60,000 bases of DNA, taken from Squalus acanthias. Taxonomy: Eukaryota. Position numbers and translations under genes: made by a program. Of this stretch, positions 44,301 to 57,909 are shown one piece after another. Positions within the stretch are counted from its first letter, which is position 1; each line of letters opens with the position of its first letter. Under the pieces are notes generated by a model. The model was given only the letters and a program-made list of their open reading frames with translations. It had not been told where the DNA came from and ran no database searches. The DNA lies in the NCBI GenBank assembly GCA_030390025.1, contig CM059425.1, forward strand, positions 174,718,001-174,778,000. Reading direction: 5' to 3'.

Positions 44301-46744
44301 CATAATTAGGAGCAGGAGTAGGCCATACAGCCCTTCGAGCCTGCTCCACCATTCAATAAAATCATGGCTGATCTTCGACCTCAACGCTACCTTCCCGCCT
44401 GATCCCCATGTCCCTTGATTCCCCGAGAGTCCAAAAATCTATCTATCTCTCAGCTTTGAATATAGTCAATAACTCAGCATCCACAGCCCTTTAGGGTAGA
44501 GAATTCCAAAAATTCACAACCCTCTGAATGAAGAAATTCCTTCTCATCTCAGTCTTAAATGGCCAACCCCTTATCCTGAGACTATGCCCTGCAGTTTTAG
44601 ACTCGCCAGCCAGGGGGCACATCCTCTCAGCACCTGCCCTGTCAATCCCCCTCAGAATCTTATGTTTTAATAAGATCACCTTTCATTCTTCTAAAATCCC
44701 GAGAGTATAGGCCCAATCTACTCACTCTCCTCAAAGGACAACCCTCTCATCCCAGGGATCAATCTAGTGAACCTTCGTTGCACCGCCTCTAAGGCATGTA
44801 TATCCTTTCTCAGATAAGGAGATCAAAACTGTGCACAGGTGTGGTCTCACCAAAGCACTGTACAATTGTAGTAATCCAACCCCCTTACAATAAAGGCCAA
44901 CATGCCATTTGCCTTCCTAATTGCTTGCTGTATCTGCATGCTAACTTTCTGTGTTTCCTGTACGAGGACACCTAAATCTCTCTGAACACCAACATTTAAT
45001 AGTTTCTCAGCATTTAAAAAATATTCTGTTTTTCTATTCTTCCTACCAAAGTGAATAACCTCACATTTCCTCATATTAATGGCCCAGAAATTCCGTTCGC
45101 AGCCCTCCCGTGGACGGAGGGCTGCGATTTGGAAAAATCTCCGCTTGGACTGGAGGGCTCCCGGGATGCTGTGCCTCTTCAATCTGCTGGTGTGCGGGCA
45201 CACGTATCCTAGTTCGCAGCGTCCCTGGGATCACGTGGGCCATGGGGAGCCAATCAGAGCAGGGAATCTCCATTCATAGATTTGACAGGAAGACCTGTCA
45301 AATCTATGAATAGAGATGAGCCCCAAAACGTAAGTAAAACTTCAAATAAATTAAAAAAAAAAAATCGCATTTTTAAAATGACTATAAATTACATAAATTA
45401 ACTATTTTAAACAAAAATTTAAATTTTTGAAAAAATAATTAAAGTTTTTAACGGGGCTAAAAATAAATTTACCTTTCTTGAAAGTATTTTAAAATGATAA
45501 ATCAGTGGAAATTTTTTTTTTTTACTTTATTAAACTATTAGCCTGCTAAAAGCCTGCTTTTCTAGGCGCAGCTGTTCCCGACTTACCTGGACTCAAACCA
45601 GTGTGGAAAAAACGGAAGTTTTTGACGTAAGGGCTGCCTATCCGGCGCAGGCGTTTGTCCAGTCAAGCCCTTTCGGCAGAGAACGGAAGTGCCGGTTTCC
45701 AGCGCATGCGCAGTGCATGCATAAAACCGGCACTTCGGTTGGCCCTACGGGTGAGTACACAGCGCGTACCCACCCATAGGGAACGGAATTTCTAGGCCAT
45801 TGTGCTCTACCTGCCACCTTATTGCCCACTCACTTAACCTGTGTATATACCTTTGCAGGCTCTTTGTGTCCTCCTCACAGCTTACTTTCCTACATAGCAT
45901 TGTATCGTCAGCAAACTTGGATACATTACACTCGGTCCCTTCATCTAAGTCATTAATATAGATTGTAAATAGCTGAGGCTCGAGCACTGATCCTTGCGGC
46001 ACCCCACTAGTTACAGCCTGATTTCCCTTTCATAAAACCAAGTTGACTCTGCCTAATCATATTATGATTTTCTAAGTGCCTTGTGACCACTTCCTTAATG
46101 ACCTGTTTATTCCTACTCTCTGTTTTCTGTATGTTAACCAATCCTCTATCCATGCTATAATGTATTACCCCCAACCCCATGAGCCCTTATCTTGCGTAGC
46201 AACCTTTTATGTGGCACCTTATCGAATGACTTTTGGAAACCCAAATATACTACATCCACTGGTTCCCCTTTATCTACCCTACCCTGCTAGTTACATCTTC
46301 AAAAAACTCTAATAAATTTATTAATCATGATTTCCCTTTCATAAAACCAGGTTGACTCTGCCTAATCATATGATTTTCTAAGTGCCCTGTGACCACTTCC
46401 TTTATAATGGATTCTAGCATTTTCCTGACAACTGATGTCAGGTTAACTGGCCTGTAGTTCCCTGTTTTCTCTCTCCCTCCTTTCTTGAATAGCGGGGTTA
46501 CATTTGTTACCTTCCAATCCGCTAGGACCGTTCTAGAATCTAGGGAATTTGGGAAGATCACAACCAATGCATCCACTATCTCTGCAGGCACCTCTTTTAG
46601 AACCCTAAAATGTAGGCCATCAGATCCAGGGGATTTGTTGGCTTTTAGTCCCATTAGTTTCCCAAGTACTTTTTCTCTCCTGATACTACTTACTTTAAGT
46701 TCCTCACTCTTATTAGCCCCTTGGTTCCCCACTATTTTTGGTAT
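44301..46744 (-). mobile_element. CR1 LINE RT and 3' UTR, split by a MITE
   Basis: KSPGSDGLH, NYRPVNLTSVV, PQGSVL, FADD. Confidence 0.92.
45081..45798 (-). mobile_element. Family C Harbinger-like MITE, related to family B
   Basis: 18-bp TIRs ggcccagaaattccgttc / gaacggaatttctaggcc; shares tgcatgcactgcgcatgcg block with family B. Confidence 0.85.
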
Positions 46745-48372
46745 GAACATCGCCATTTTCAATGATGGCGGAGCCCAGCATGTGAGTGCAAAAGACAAGG
46801 CTGAAGTGTTTGCAATCATCTTCAGCCAGAAGTGCTGAGTGAATGATCCATCTCGGCCTTCTCCCGAGGTCCCCACCATCACAGAAGCCAGTCTTCAACC
46901 AATTTGGTTCACTCCACGTGATATCAAGAAATGGCTGAGCGCACTGGATACAGCAAAGGCTCTGGGCCCCGACAACATCCCGGCTGTCGTGCTGAAGACT
47001 TGTGCTCCAGAACTAGCCATGCTTCTAGCCAAGCTGTTCCAGTACAGAGACAACACTGGCATCTACCCGACAATGTGGAAAATTGCCCAGGTATGTCCTG
47101 GCTACAAAAAGCAGGACAAATCCAATCTGGCCAATTACCGACCAATCAGTCTACTTTCAATCATCAGCAAAGTGATGGAAGGTGTCGTCGACAGTGTTGT
47201 CAAGTAACACTTACTCACCAATAACCTGCTCACCAATGCTCAGTTTGGATTCTGCCAGGACCAATCAACTCCAGACCTCATTACAGCCTTGGTCCAAACA
47301 TGGACAAAAGAGCTGAATTCCAGAGGTGAGACCGAGTGTGGCATCAAGGAACCCTAGTAAAATTGAAGTCGGTGGGAATCGGGTGGGAAACTCCCCACTG
47401 GCTGGAGTCATACCTAGCACAAAGTAAGATGGTTGTGATTGTTAGAGGCCAATCATCTCCGCTCCAGGACATCGCTGCATGAGTTCCTCAGGGCACTGTC
47501 CTCGGCCCAACCATCTTCAGCTGCTTCAGCAATGACCTTCCGTCCACCACAAGGTCAGAAATGGGGATGTTCGCTGATGATTGCACAGTGTTCAGTTCCA
47601 TTCGCAACTCCTCAAATAATGAAGCAGTCCATGCCCGCATGCAGCAAGACTCGGATGACATTCAGGCTTGGGCTGATAAGTGGCAAGTAACATTCGTGCC
47701 ATACAAGTGCCAGGCAATGACCATCTCCAACAAGAGAATGTCTAACCACCGTCCCTTGACCTTCAATGGCATTACCATTGTCAAATACCCCACCGTCAAC
47801 ATCCTGAGGGTCAGCAATGACCAGAAACTTAACTGGACCAGCAACAAAAATACTGTGGATACAAGAGCAGGTCAGAGACTGGGTGTTCTGTGGTGAGTGT
47901 CTCACTTGCTGTCTCCTCAAAGTCTTTCTACTATCTACAAAGCAGAAGTCAGGAGTGTGAAGAAATACTCTCCACTTGTCTGGATGAGTGCAGCTCCAAC
48001 AACAACACAAGAAGCTAGACACCATCCAGGGCAAAGCAGCTCGCTTGATTGGCACTGCATTCACCACCTTAAAAAATATTCACTCCCTCCACCATTGGCG
48101 CATCGTGTCTGCATTGTGTACCATCTACAAGATGCACTGCAGCAACTCGCCAAAAGTTCTTCGACAGCACCCCCCAAACCCGCGACCTCTACCACCTAGA
48201 AGGACAAGGGCAGCAGGCACATGGGAACACCACCACCTGCAAGTCAGACACCATCCTGACTTGGAAATATATCGTGATTCCTTCATCGTCGCTAGGTCAA
48301 AATCCTGGAACTCGCTACCTAACATCACTGTGGGAGTACCTTCATCCCACGGACTGCAGCGGTTGAAGAAGT
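46745..48372 (+). mobile_element. Zenon-like LINE RT and C-terminus
   Basis: GPDNIP, NYRPISLLS, FADD; homologous to 20965-22007. Confidence 0.88.
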
Positions 48373-48374
48373 CG

Positions 48375-49950
48375 GCATTCCCCCAGCCCTGAAGTCGCAT
48401 CTTTCTCTAGTTTCTTTCCTATCTCCCCTCATGCCCTCTCCGAGCTCATCTTGTCCATGAGACCCATCTCCTGCTCCCTCGACCGTATTCCCACTAAACT
48501 GCTGACCACCCAACTTCCTTTCCTGGCTCCCATGTTAGCTGATATTGTTAACAGTTCTCTCTCCTTAGGTCCTGTCACCCTCTCCTTCAAATCTGCTGTC
48601 ATCACCCCTCTGGAAAAAAAAACCCTTGACCCCTCTGTCCTTACAAACTGCCGCCGCATCTCCAACATCCCTCTCCTCGCCAAAGTCCATGAATGTGCTG
48701 TCACCTCCCAAATCCGTGCCCATCTTTCTTGGAACTCTATGTTTGAATCCCTCCAATCAGGTTTCCGCCCCTGCCACAGTACCAAAATGGCTCTTATCAA
48801 AGTCACAAATGACATCCTTATATGACTTTGACAAGGGTAAACTATCGCTCCTCTTCCTTCTCGACTGGTCTGCAGCCTTTGACATGGCAGACCACACCAT
48901 CCTCCTCCAATGCCTCTCCACCGTCATCCAGCTGGGTGAGACTGCACATGCTTGGTTGTATCCAGTCATAACCGGAGAATCACCTTCAGTGGCTTCTCTT
49001 CCCACTCTTGCACCGTTATCCCCGAAGGATATATCCTTGACCCCCTCCTATTTCTCATCTACATGCTCCGAAAACACAGGGTCAGTTTCCACATCTACGC
49101 TGACGATATCCAGCTCTACCTCACCACTACCTCTCTCGCCCCCTCCACTGTCTCTAAATTGTCAGACTGCTTGTCTGACATCCAGTCCTGGATGAGCAGA
49201 AATTTCCTCCAACTAAATATTGGGAAAGCCATTGTCTTCGGTCCCCGCCACAAGCTTCGTTCCTTAGCCACCGACACCATCCCTCTCCCTGTCAGCTGTC
49301 TGAGGCCGAACCAGATTGTTCGCAATCTAAGTATCATATTTGACCCTGAGATGAGCTTCCAACCACACATCCGTGCCATCCCTAAGACTGCCTATTTCCA
49401 CCTCCGTAAAATCGCCCGACTCCGCCCCTGCCTCAGCTCAGCTGCTGCTGAAACCTTCATCCATTGCCTTTGTTACCTCTTGACTTGACTATTCCAACGC
49501 ACTGCCCTCCGCAAACTTGAGGTCATCCAAAACTCTGACCTACATTGGCTCCCGGTTAAGCAACGCCTTGATTTTAAAATTCTCATCCTTCGTTTCAAAT
49601 CCCTCCATGTCCTTGCCCCTCCCTATTTCTGCAATCTCCTCCAGCCCCACAACCCTCTGAGGTATCTGTGCTCTCTAATTCTGGCCTCTTGAGCATCTCC
49701 GATTTTAATCACTCCACCATTGGCGGCAGTGCCTTCAGTTGCCAAGGCTTCAAGCTCTGGAATTCCCTCCCTCAACTTCTCTGTAACTCTACCTCTCTTT
49801 CCTCCTTAAAACCTACCTCTTTGACCAAGCTTTTGGCCATCTGCCCTAATATCTCATGTGGCTCGGTGTCAGATTTTGTTTTATTACATTCCTGTGAAGT
49901 GCCATGGGACATTTTAGTACGTTAAAGGCGCTATATAAATAAAGTTGTTG
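48375..49950 (+). mobile_element. L2 LINE RT and 3' end
   Basis: CSLDRIPT, QSGFRPCHST, LLDWSAAFD, YADDIQLY, tail aaaggcgctatataaat..gttgttg. Confidence 0.92.
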
Positions 49951-50037
49951 TTTGTGATCAGTTAGTCGGTTAGCAAAGGAAACTTTACTGTTCATATAAA
50001 GTTGTTGTGAAATTTGATTTTTTTTTCACCTTTTCAG

Positions 50038-50113
50038 ATTTATTGGACATGTTCCTGTTCTGTGGTGAATTCTTGGGTAAAAGGAGCATCTGGTGTGACA
50101 AAATCATTTTCCT
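50038..50113 (+). other. Candidate 76-nt internal exon of an unidentified host gene
   Basis: Acceptor ttttttttcaccttttcag and donor gtaagt in unique sequence; two open frames; product not recognised. Confidence 0.45.
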
Positions 50114-50246
50114 GTAAGTGCATTTTCCAGATATTTTTACTGTTGGTATTAAAGCAGTGATTTTTAAAATGCATGGATGAAATGTTTTGAGAAATCTTTT
50201 GTTGAAGGGATAGACTTGATGACTGCGACATTTAAAAGAAAATAAT

Positions 50247-51020
50247 GGCCCAGAATTTGTGGTCCTGATGACAGCGAACTGGCAGCCTTCGATGTCATTT
50301 CGCCTTTCAAACTGACTTCAACTTCAGGATTTAGCCTAAAGCGGAAATCCTGAAGTTGCGGTCTGTTATTCACAGCTCTTCCACAGGCTGCGCTGTGCGC
50401 CTCCCCCCCCACCCCCCCGATAGAGCCGCAATCAGTGAAATCTCTCAAATCGTGGAAACTGACGAAAACTTCGACACTTCCGCAGTAATTACGCTGTTAA
50501 ATTCCCCACTAAAAGTTAAACCCAAAGGGATTAGGTGTAATTGGGGTTTTAGTAGCATATTGACTGCTAAACAAAGGTTATGGCCCTGAAAAACTAATTT
50601 TAATTTTTTTGTAGTGCCAAATTTATCCATTTTAATAAAAAATAAAAATTTTCAAGAAACTTAAAAAAATTAAATTAAAAAAAAAGTTTTGTTCATAGTT
50701 ATTTCAGGTTTGCATTTTCCCCATATGGGAGTCCCAGTCTTTGTTTTGCTCTCTAACATTTTTAAAAAGTTAGAATTTTAAGAGCTTATCCACTTCCCTG
50801 TTCGCTGTCTGTGAGAACTCTGCATTTTGATTGGCTGCTTAAACAGCTTATTGACGTTGCAGGAGCTCGCACTATGGGATTCCCACTATACTTCGTTGAT
50901 TTGAATTACACATCGGAAAACAGGAACTTCTCGACACAGATACCGAGATCTTTGTGCGAAGCTTACTTCTGGGCCAGAGGCGAATGCCTTTGCTTCGCCG
51001 CTGACCGCAAATTCCGGCCC
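50247..51020 (+). mobile_element. Family A Harbinger-like MITE
   Basis: TIRs ggcccagaatttgtggtc / gaccgcaaattccggccc. Confidence 0.82.
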
Positions 51021-52234
51021 ATTGTTCTCATAGGAGGGTGAGAAAATAGGATGCTTTGGCCCATTTCTTACTGTCTTTCGTGTTTTGTTCCAAGAGTTTG
51101 AGTCAAACTACAACTAAACTTGGAAGAAAAGAAAGAGCGAGGGGAAGGAAATTAAGAAGATTTGGGTGGGATCGTAGGTTTATTAAGAGTAAAGCAGCAG
51201 ATGTGATTAAAAATTCTCTATTAACATTACAGAAAATGTCGAGCATATATGGTTATCTTTGGCATGTTACTACCTGGAATGGTAGAGTTGGTGTTTTGAA
51301 ATGAATCTGGTTATATCATTTTTATCCAATTTTGTTGTACCAAAAGTCTTGTCAGCTGTTTCTGCATTATGGAATCAGTAATGTATGATATTAACTACAT
51401 TGTTATGTTGAAAATTTTTTGTTCAGTATGATTGAACAGTGTGCGTTTCTATAGTAAGTATGTTTATTTGGTTAAAAGATAGAAATTGGAGTCATGATTC
51501 TCTGCAGTATTAAATGGAAATTTCCCCAATATTGGGAGTGGAGAAAAATGCCTGTAGCTGCTTAGCTTTTATTTGGACACTTAGATTTTGATCAGTTCAT
51601 TTATAAAAAAAAAGTGTTTCTCGGTAGGTTTCTCATAAACTAACGTGGGGCAAAAAATTGGGCCCAGTGTTCAGTGTTACAAACCTACCATAGAAGGTTC
51701 TTGCTGGAATGGTATTACAAAATGATTAACTTTTTGATTGATATAATTGGAAAACATTTCTACTTCCAAGTACTCGGATTCGGTTCAGAGATTATGGATG
51801 CCTAATTAATTTAAATTTGCTTGAAGTTTACTGATGAGGTAAATTAACTGTAGTTTGCATAATTAAACGACTGTCTTGATTGTTTGGTTGTAGCTGCTCT
51901 GACATAAGTGTAAAGTTTTGTAATTTAAATTAGTCCTTCATTGTAATAAAGTTTCCAAATAAAAAAAATCATCTGGTCACAATGTGACTTTGCATAGACC
52001 ACCTTATTAAAATTAATGGAACTTGTGCATAACTTGTTTGATTTATTCCAAAAATAATAATGTAGACCAATAGATACAGAGAATGCAGTAAAAATGGAGA
52101 AAGGATTTAGATTGGTTATGCTATTGGATAAAGAAGTGAGAAATTACACTTAACATTGGTATATCTGAAGTATTATGCATTTGCTGAAAAATGTTGGAAA
52201 ATAAGTTCATAATTATTAGAACCAAATTAAAACA

Positions 52235-54065
52235 AGAAGATTTAATAAGGGACCTTTTGAATAGGGCAAGAGGATAACCAGGGAAAGAGTAGGGCCCATT
52301 AGGGACCAAAGTGGCAATCTGTGTGTAGAGCCGGAAGATGTAGGTGAGGTTTTAAATGAATATTTTGCATCTGTGTTCACTATGGAGAAGGACGATGTAG
52401 GCATAGAAATCAGGCAGGGGGGATTGTGATATACTTGAACAAATTAGTATTGAGAGGGAGGAGGTACTAGCGGTTTTAGTGGGCTTAAAAGTGGATAAAT
52501 CCCCAGGCCCAGACGAGATGTATCCCAGGCTGCTGTGTGAGGCAAGGGAGGAGATTGCAGGGGCTCTGACACAAATTTTCAGAACCTCTCTGGCCACAGG
52601 GGAGGTGCCAGAGGACTGGAGGACAGCTAACATAGTACCATTATTCAAGAAGGGTAGTAGGGATAAATCAGGGAATTACAGGTCAGTGAGCCTAACATCA
52701 GTGGTAGGGAAATTATTGGAAAAAAATCTGAGGGACAGAATTAGTTTCCACTTGGAGAGGCAAGGATTAATCAAGGATAGTCAGCATGGCTTTGTCAGGG
52801 GGAGATCACGTCTAACCAATTTGATTGAATTTTTCGAGGGGGTGACTAGGTATGTGGATGAGGGTAGCGCAGTTGATGTAGTCTACATGGACTTCAGTAA
52901 GGCTTTTGACAAAAGTCCCGCATAGGAGACTGGTCAAGAAGGTAAGAGCCCATGGGATCCAGGGCAATTTGGCACATTGGATCCAAAATTGTCTTAGTGG
53001 CAGGAGGCAGAGGGTGATGGTCGAAGATTGTTTTTGTGACTGGAAGCCTGTGTCCAGTGGTGTACCGCAGGGATCGATGCTGGGTCCCTTGCTGTTTGTA
53101 GTGTACATTAATGATTTAGATATGAATGTAGGAGGTATGATCAGTGAGTTCGCAGATGACACGAAAATTGGTGGAGTGGTAAATAGCGAGGAGGGAAGCC
53201 TCAGGCTACAGGACGATATAGATGGGTTGGTCAGATGGGCAGAACAGTGGCAAATGGAATTTAATCCTGAAAAGTGTGAGGTGATGCATTTTGGGAGGAC
53301 GAACAAGGCAAGGGAATACACAGTGAATGGTAGGACCCTAGGAAGGACAGAGGATCAGAGGGACCTTGGTGTGCATGTACATAGATCCCTGAAGGCAGCA
53401 GGACAGGTAGATTAGGTGGTTAAGAAGGCATATGGGATACTTGCCTTCATTAGCCGAGGCATAGAATATAAGAGCAGGGAGGTTATGATGGAGCTGTACA
53501 AAACGCTAGTTAGGCCACAGCTGGAATACTGTGTGCAGTTCTGGTTGCCACACTATAGGAAGGATGTGATTGCATTGGAGAGGGTGCAGAGGCGATTCAC
53601 CAGGATGTTACCTGGGCTGGAGCGTTTCAGCTATGAAGAGAGACTGGACAAGCTGGGGTTGTTTTCCTTAGAGCAGAGAAGGCTGAGGGGGGACCTGATT
53701 GAGGTGTACAAAATTATGAGGGGCATAGATAGGGTAGATAGAATGGAACTTTTCCCCTTAGTAGAGGGGTCAATAACCAGGGGGCATAGTTTCAAGGTAT
53801 GGGGCAGGAGGTTTAGAGGGGATTTGAGGAAAAACTTTTTCACCCAGAGGGTGGTTGGAATATGGAACTCACTGCCTGAAAGGGGTGGTAGAGGCAGGAA
53901 CCCTCACAACATTCAAGAGGCATTTAGATGAGCACTTGAAATGCCATAGCATACAAGGCTACGGACCAAGTGCTGGAAAATGGGATTAAAATAGACAGGG
54001 CTTGATGGCCGGCGCGGACACAATGGGCCGAAGGGCCTCTTTCTGTGCTGTATAACTCTATGACT
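52235..54065 (+). mobile_element. CR1 LINE RT and 3' UTR
   Basis: ORFs 52479-52925, 52906-53415, 53416-53931. Confidence 0.94.
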
Positions 54066-54069
54066 CAAT

Positions 54070-55000
54070 AACAGTAGATGGGTCACTTTCATGTCCAGAC
54101 AATGTGGCAAGGCAATTGAAAAAAAGTTAATAGAATACTCAGAAATATAGCTACTACAGTAGAAACAAGTCCACAGAAGTTATGCAAAGGCTTTGCAATG
54201 AATTTCAATCGGATAAGTGTGAGACGATGCATTTTGGTAGGAAGAATAAGGAGGCCACGTATTCCTTGGAAAATAAGAGTCTAAATTGGGTGGAGGAGCA
54301 AAGGGATTTGGGGTACAAATTCACAAATCATGAGAAGTGTCAACACAGGTTAACAAGGCCATAAAAATGCAAACAAAGCACTGGGGTTGATTTCCAGAGG
54401 ATTAGAATTGAAACGCAGAGAGGATATGTAAAACTTGTATAAAACCTTGGTACTGTGCACAGTTCTGTTCTCCATATTACAAAAAGGACATAGAGGCACT
54501 AGAGAAGATGCAAAAAAGATTTACAAGCATGATGGTTATAACCTCTCAGTTCTGCTATCAGGATAGATTGAACAGACTGGTTCTCTTTTTCTCCACACAA
54601 AAGAAGGCTGAGGGGTGAGCTGATAGAGGTTTTGAATATTATGAAGGGGTTTGATAGGGTAGATGCAGATGGGATGTTTCCACTTGTGGGGCAGTCCAAA
54701 ACTAGGGGTTATTAATATGAGATAGTCACTAATAAATCCAATAAGGAATTCAGAAGAAACTTCTTTACCCAGAGAGTTGGATGGAATGTGGAACTTACTG
54801 CTACTTGGGGTAGTTGACAAGAATATCATGGGTGCATTTAAGGGGAGGCTAGATAGGTACATGAGGGGGAAAGGAATCGAGGGTTATGCCGATAGGGTTA
54901 GATGAAGCAGAGTGGGAGGAGGCTTGTGTGGAGCATAAACACCTGCATGGACCAGTTGGGCCAAATGGTCTGTTTCTGTGCTGTACATTCTATGTAATTC
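54070..55000 (+). mobile_element. Older CR1 3' fragments
   Basis: KCETMHFGRKN, EEQRDLG, 3' UTR remnant. Confidence 0.8.
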
Positions 55001-55111
55001 TAGGTAATGCATTGGTCATCTTCCACTTTAGAAAGAGTACACAAAAGAGGAACAAGAGTGATCGTAAGTGCAAAGGAGCTGAGTTATGAGGAAAACAATA
55101 GAAGCTTTTAA

Positions 55112-55210
55112 GCTGAAATAACAACAGGAAATGCTGGAAACACTCAGCAGGCCAGGCAGCATCCGTGGAGAGAGAAACAGAGTTAATGTTTCAGGTCTGG
55201 GACCCTTCTG
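55112..55210 (-). mobile_element. Penelope-like short element, hammerhead core degenerate
   Basis: Homologous to 5990-6085; stem II and GAAAC retained, CTGACGA lost. Confidence 0.7.
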
Positions 55211-55407
55211 TTGAGCCTAGAAAGGAGTTTCAGATAAGTCCTCATTGAAGTAGAAAAATGTTGTAACTTCAAAGTACACCAAGAAAGTAGTATCCGATCA
55301 AATCCGTTCATAATTTTAAAGACCTTTATTAGGTCACCCGTCAGCCTTTTTTCTAGAGAAAAGAGAGCCAGTAAATAAAATTCTTTAAGCCATGGTCACC
55401 ATCCTAG

Positions 55408-57643
55408 ATACATAGATACATAGAAGATAGGAGCAGGAGTAGGCCATCCGGCCCTTCGAGCCTGCTCCGCCATTTAATGAGATCATGGCTGATCCTCCAA
55501 TTCAGTATCCCGTCCCCGCCTTCTCTCCGTAACCCTTAACCCCTTTTGCCTGTAGAAATATATCTAATTCCCTCTTAAATATATTTAATGAGCTGGCGTA
55601 CACTGCCCTCTGTGGCAATGAGTTCCACAGGTTCACCACCCTCTGAGTGAAGAAATTCCCCCTCATTTCTGTCCTAAATGGTTTAGCCCTTATCCTTAAA
55701 TTATGTCCTCTAGTTCTGTTCTCACCCGCCAAGGGAAACATTCCTTCTGCATCTAGTCTGTCTAGACCTGTCAGAATTTTATACACTTCTATGAGGTCCC
55801 CTCTCAATCTTCTAAACTCCAGTGTGTACATCCCTAAACTACATAGTCTCTCCTCATAGGTTAATCCCGCCATTCCTGGTATCAGCCTGGTGAATCGCCG
55901 CTGCACCCCCTCCATGGCAAGAACATCTTTCCTCAGATGAGGCGACCAAAACTGTACACAGTACTCGAGGTGTGGTCTCACCAGTGCCCTGTACAGCTGC
56001 AGCAAGGTATCCCTGTTCCTGTATTCCAACCCTTTTGCTATGAAGGCCAGCATACCGTTTGCCTTCTTGACCGCCTGTTGCACCTGCATGCTCGCCTTCA
56101 GTGACTGGTGTACAAGAACACCCAGGTCTCTCTGTACTTCCCCCTCTCCCAATTTATTGCCATTTAAATAATAATTTGCCCTCCCGTTCCTGCACCCAAG
56201 GTGGATAACTTCGCACTTGTCCACATTATAGTGCATCTGCCATTTATCCGCCCAATCACCCAGTCTGTCCAAATCGCTCTGGAGCTTCCTGGTCTCCTCC
56301 TCTGAGCCCACCCCCCCTCCTAGTTTAGTGTCGTCTGCAAATTTGGAAATGCTGCATCCGACTCCCTGATCCAGGTCATTAATGTAAATTGTGAACAGCT
56401 GGGGACCCAGGACAGATCCCTGTGGTACACCACTTGTTACTGCCTGCCATTCAGAAAATGAGCCGTTTATTCCAACTCTCTGTTTTCTATCTGACAGCCA
56501 GTTCTCTATCCACGTCAATACTTTCCCCTTTATCCCATGAGCTTCAATTTTCCCTGCTAATCTTTTATGTGGGACCTTATCGAAGGCCTTTTGGAAGTCC
56601 AGGTACACCACATCTACTGGCTCTCCCCCATCTATTTTACCAGTTACTCCCTCAAAAAATTCCAATAGATTAGTCAAGCACGATTTACCCTTTGTAAATC
56701 CATGTTGACTCTGTCCTATCCTGTCCCCATTTGCTAAGTGCTCCGCTATTTCATCCTTAATGATGGACTCCAGCATTTTGCCCACAACTGATGTAAGGCT
56801 TACAGGTCTGTAATTACCTGCTTTTTCCCTACCCCCCTTTTTGAATAGTGGGGTAACGTTAGCTACCCTCCAATCCATGGGCACTGTTCCCGAGTCTAAT
56901 TAATTCTGAAAAATCATACTTAGTGCATCCGCTATCTCTAGGGCCACCTCCTTCAGCACCCTAGGATGCATGTTATCAGGCCCTGGGGATTTGTCCACCT
57001 TCAATCCCTTTAGCTTCCTTAACACCATATCCTTAGAGATATTGATTTGCGTCAGTTCCTCCTTTGCAAATGTCCCTATTTTTCCCGATATCCCAGGGAG
57101 GTTTTTTGTGTCTTCCTTCGTAAAGACTGACCCAAAGTATGCATTTAGTTGGCCTGCCATTTCCTTATTTCCCGTTATATATTCCCCCGTATCTGACTGC
57201 AATGGGCCAACTTTGGTTTTCACCAGTCTTTTCCTCTTGATATACTTATAAAAGCTTTTGGAGTTAGTTTTTATATTTTCCGCCAGCTTGCTTTCGTAAG
57301 CTATTTTGCCCCTCTTGATTAAGCCCTTTGTCCTCCTTTGCTCTATCTTAAACTGTTCCCAATCTTCCGCTCTGGCGCTTTTTTTGGCTATTTTATACGC
57401 CCTATCTTTGGATTTTATGCTGTCTCTAATTTCCCCTGTTATCCACGGTTGAGTCACCTTTTTAGATTTCCTTTTATGCCAGATTGGTATAAACAATTTT
57501 TGCAATTTTGTCATTCTATCTTTAAATGCTTGCCATTGTTTATCTACCTCCAGTCCTCCCAGGAACGTTGTCCAATCAGACCTACTCAGTTCCCGTCTAA
57601 TGGCATCATAATTCCCCTTGTTTAAATTCAGGACCTTAGTCCT
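55408..57643 (-). mobile_element. Young 5'-truncated CR1 LINE, ORF2 with a single in-frame stop
   Basis: ORFs 56900-57514 and 55502-56884 are in frame, separated by TAA at 56900-56902. Confidence 0.95.
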
Positions 57644-57909
57644 GTGCCAATGTTGCCTATTGTGCTGTTATTGTTACTAGTCTGGGTTGTATTCCTATCC
57701 AATTCTTCATAGGATGCAACCATATTTTCCTTCGTCTTCCTCTAGGTCTTTGCTTTTTCATTTCTGTGAGCATGATTATCCTGTCTAGATGATGTCCTCG
57801 CCCTCTTGATTTGTTATCCAAAGGATTGGAGTTTCCATTTCTTTAGTTTGGTGAGCATGGTTCTCAGAATTGTTAGCTTTTTTAGTGACATTCATTACTC
57901 TTTATTAAT

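Noticed and set aside
55112..55210. Additional active hammerhead
   Set aside because: CTGANGA core and stem I partner are missing
55502..56884. Domesticated RT gene or retron-like system
   Set aside because: Ordinary 5'-truncated CR1 with 3' UTR tail, upstream stop and many local paralogues
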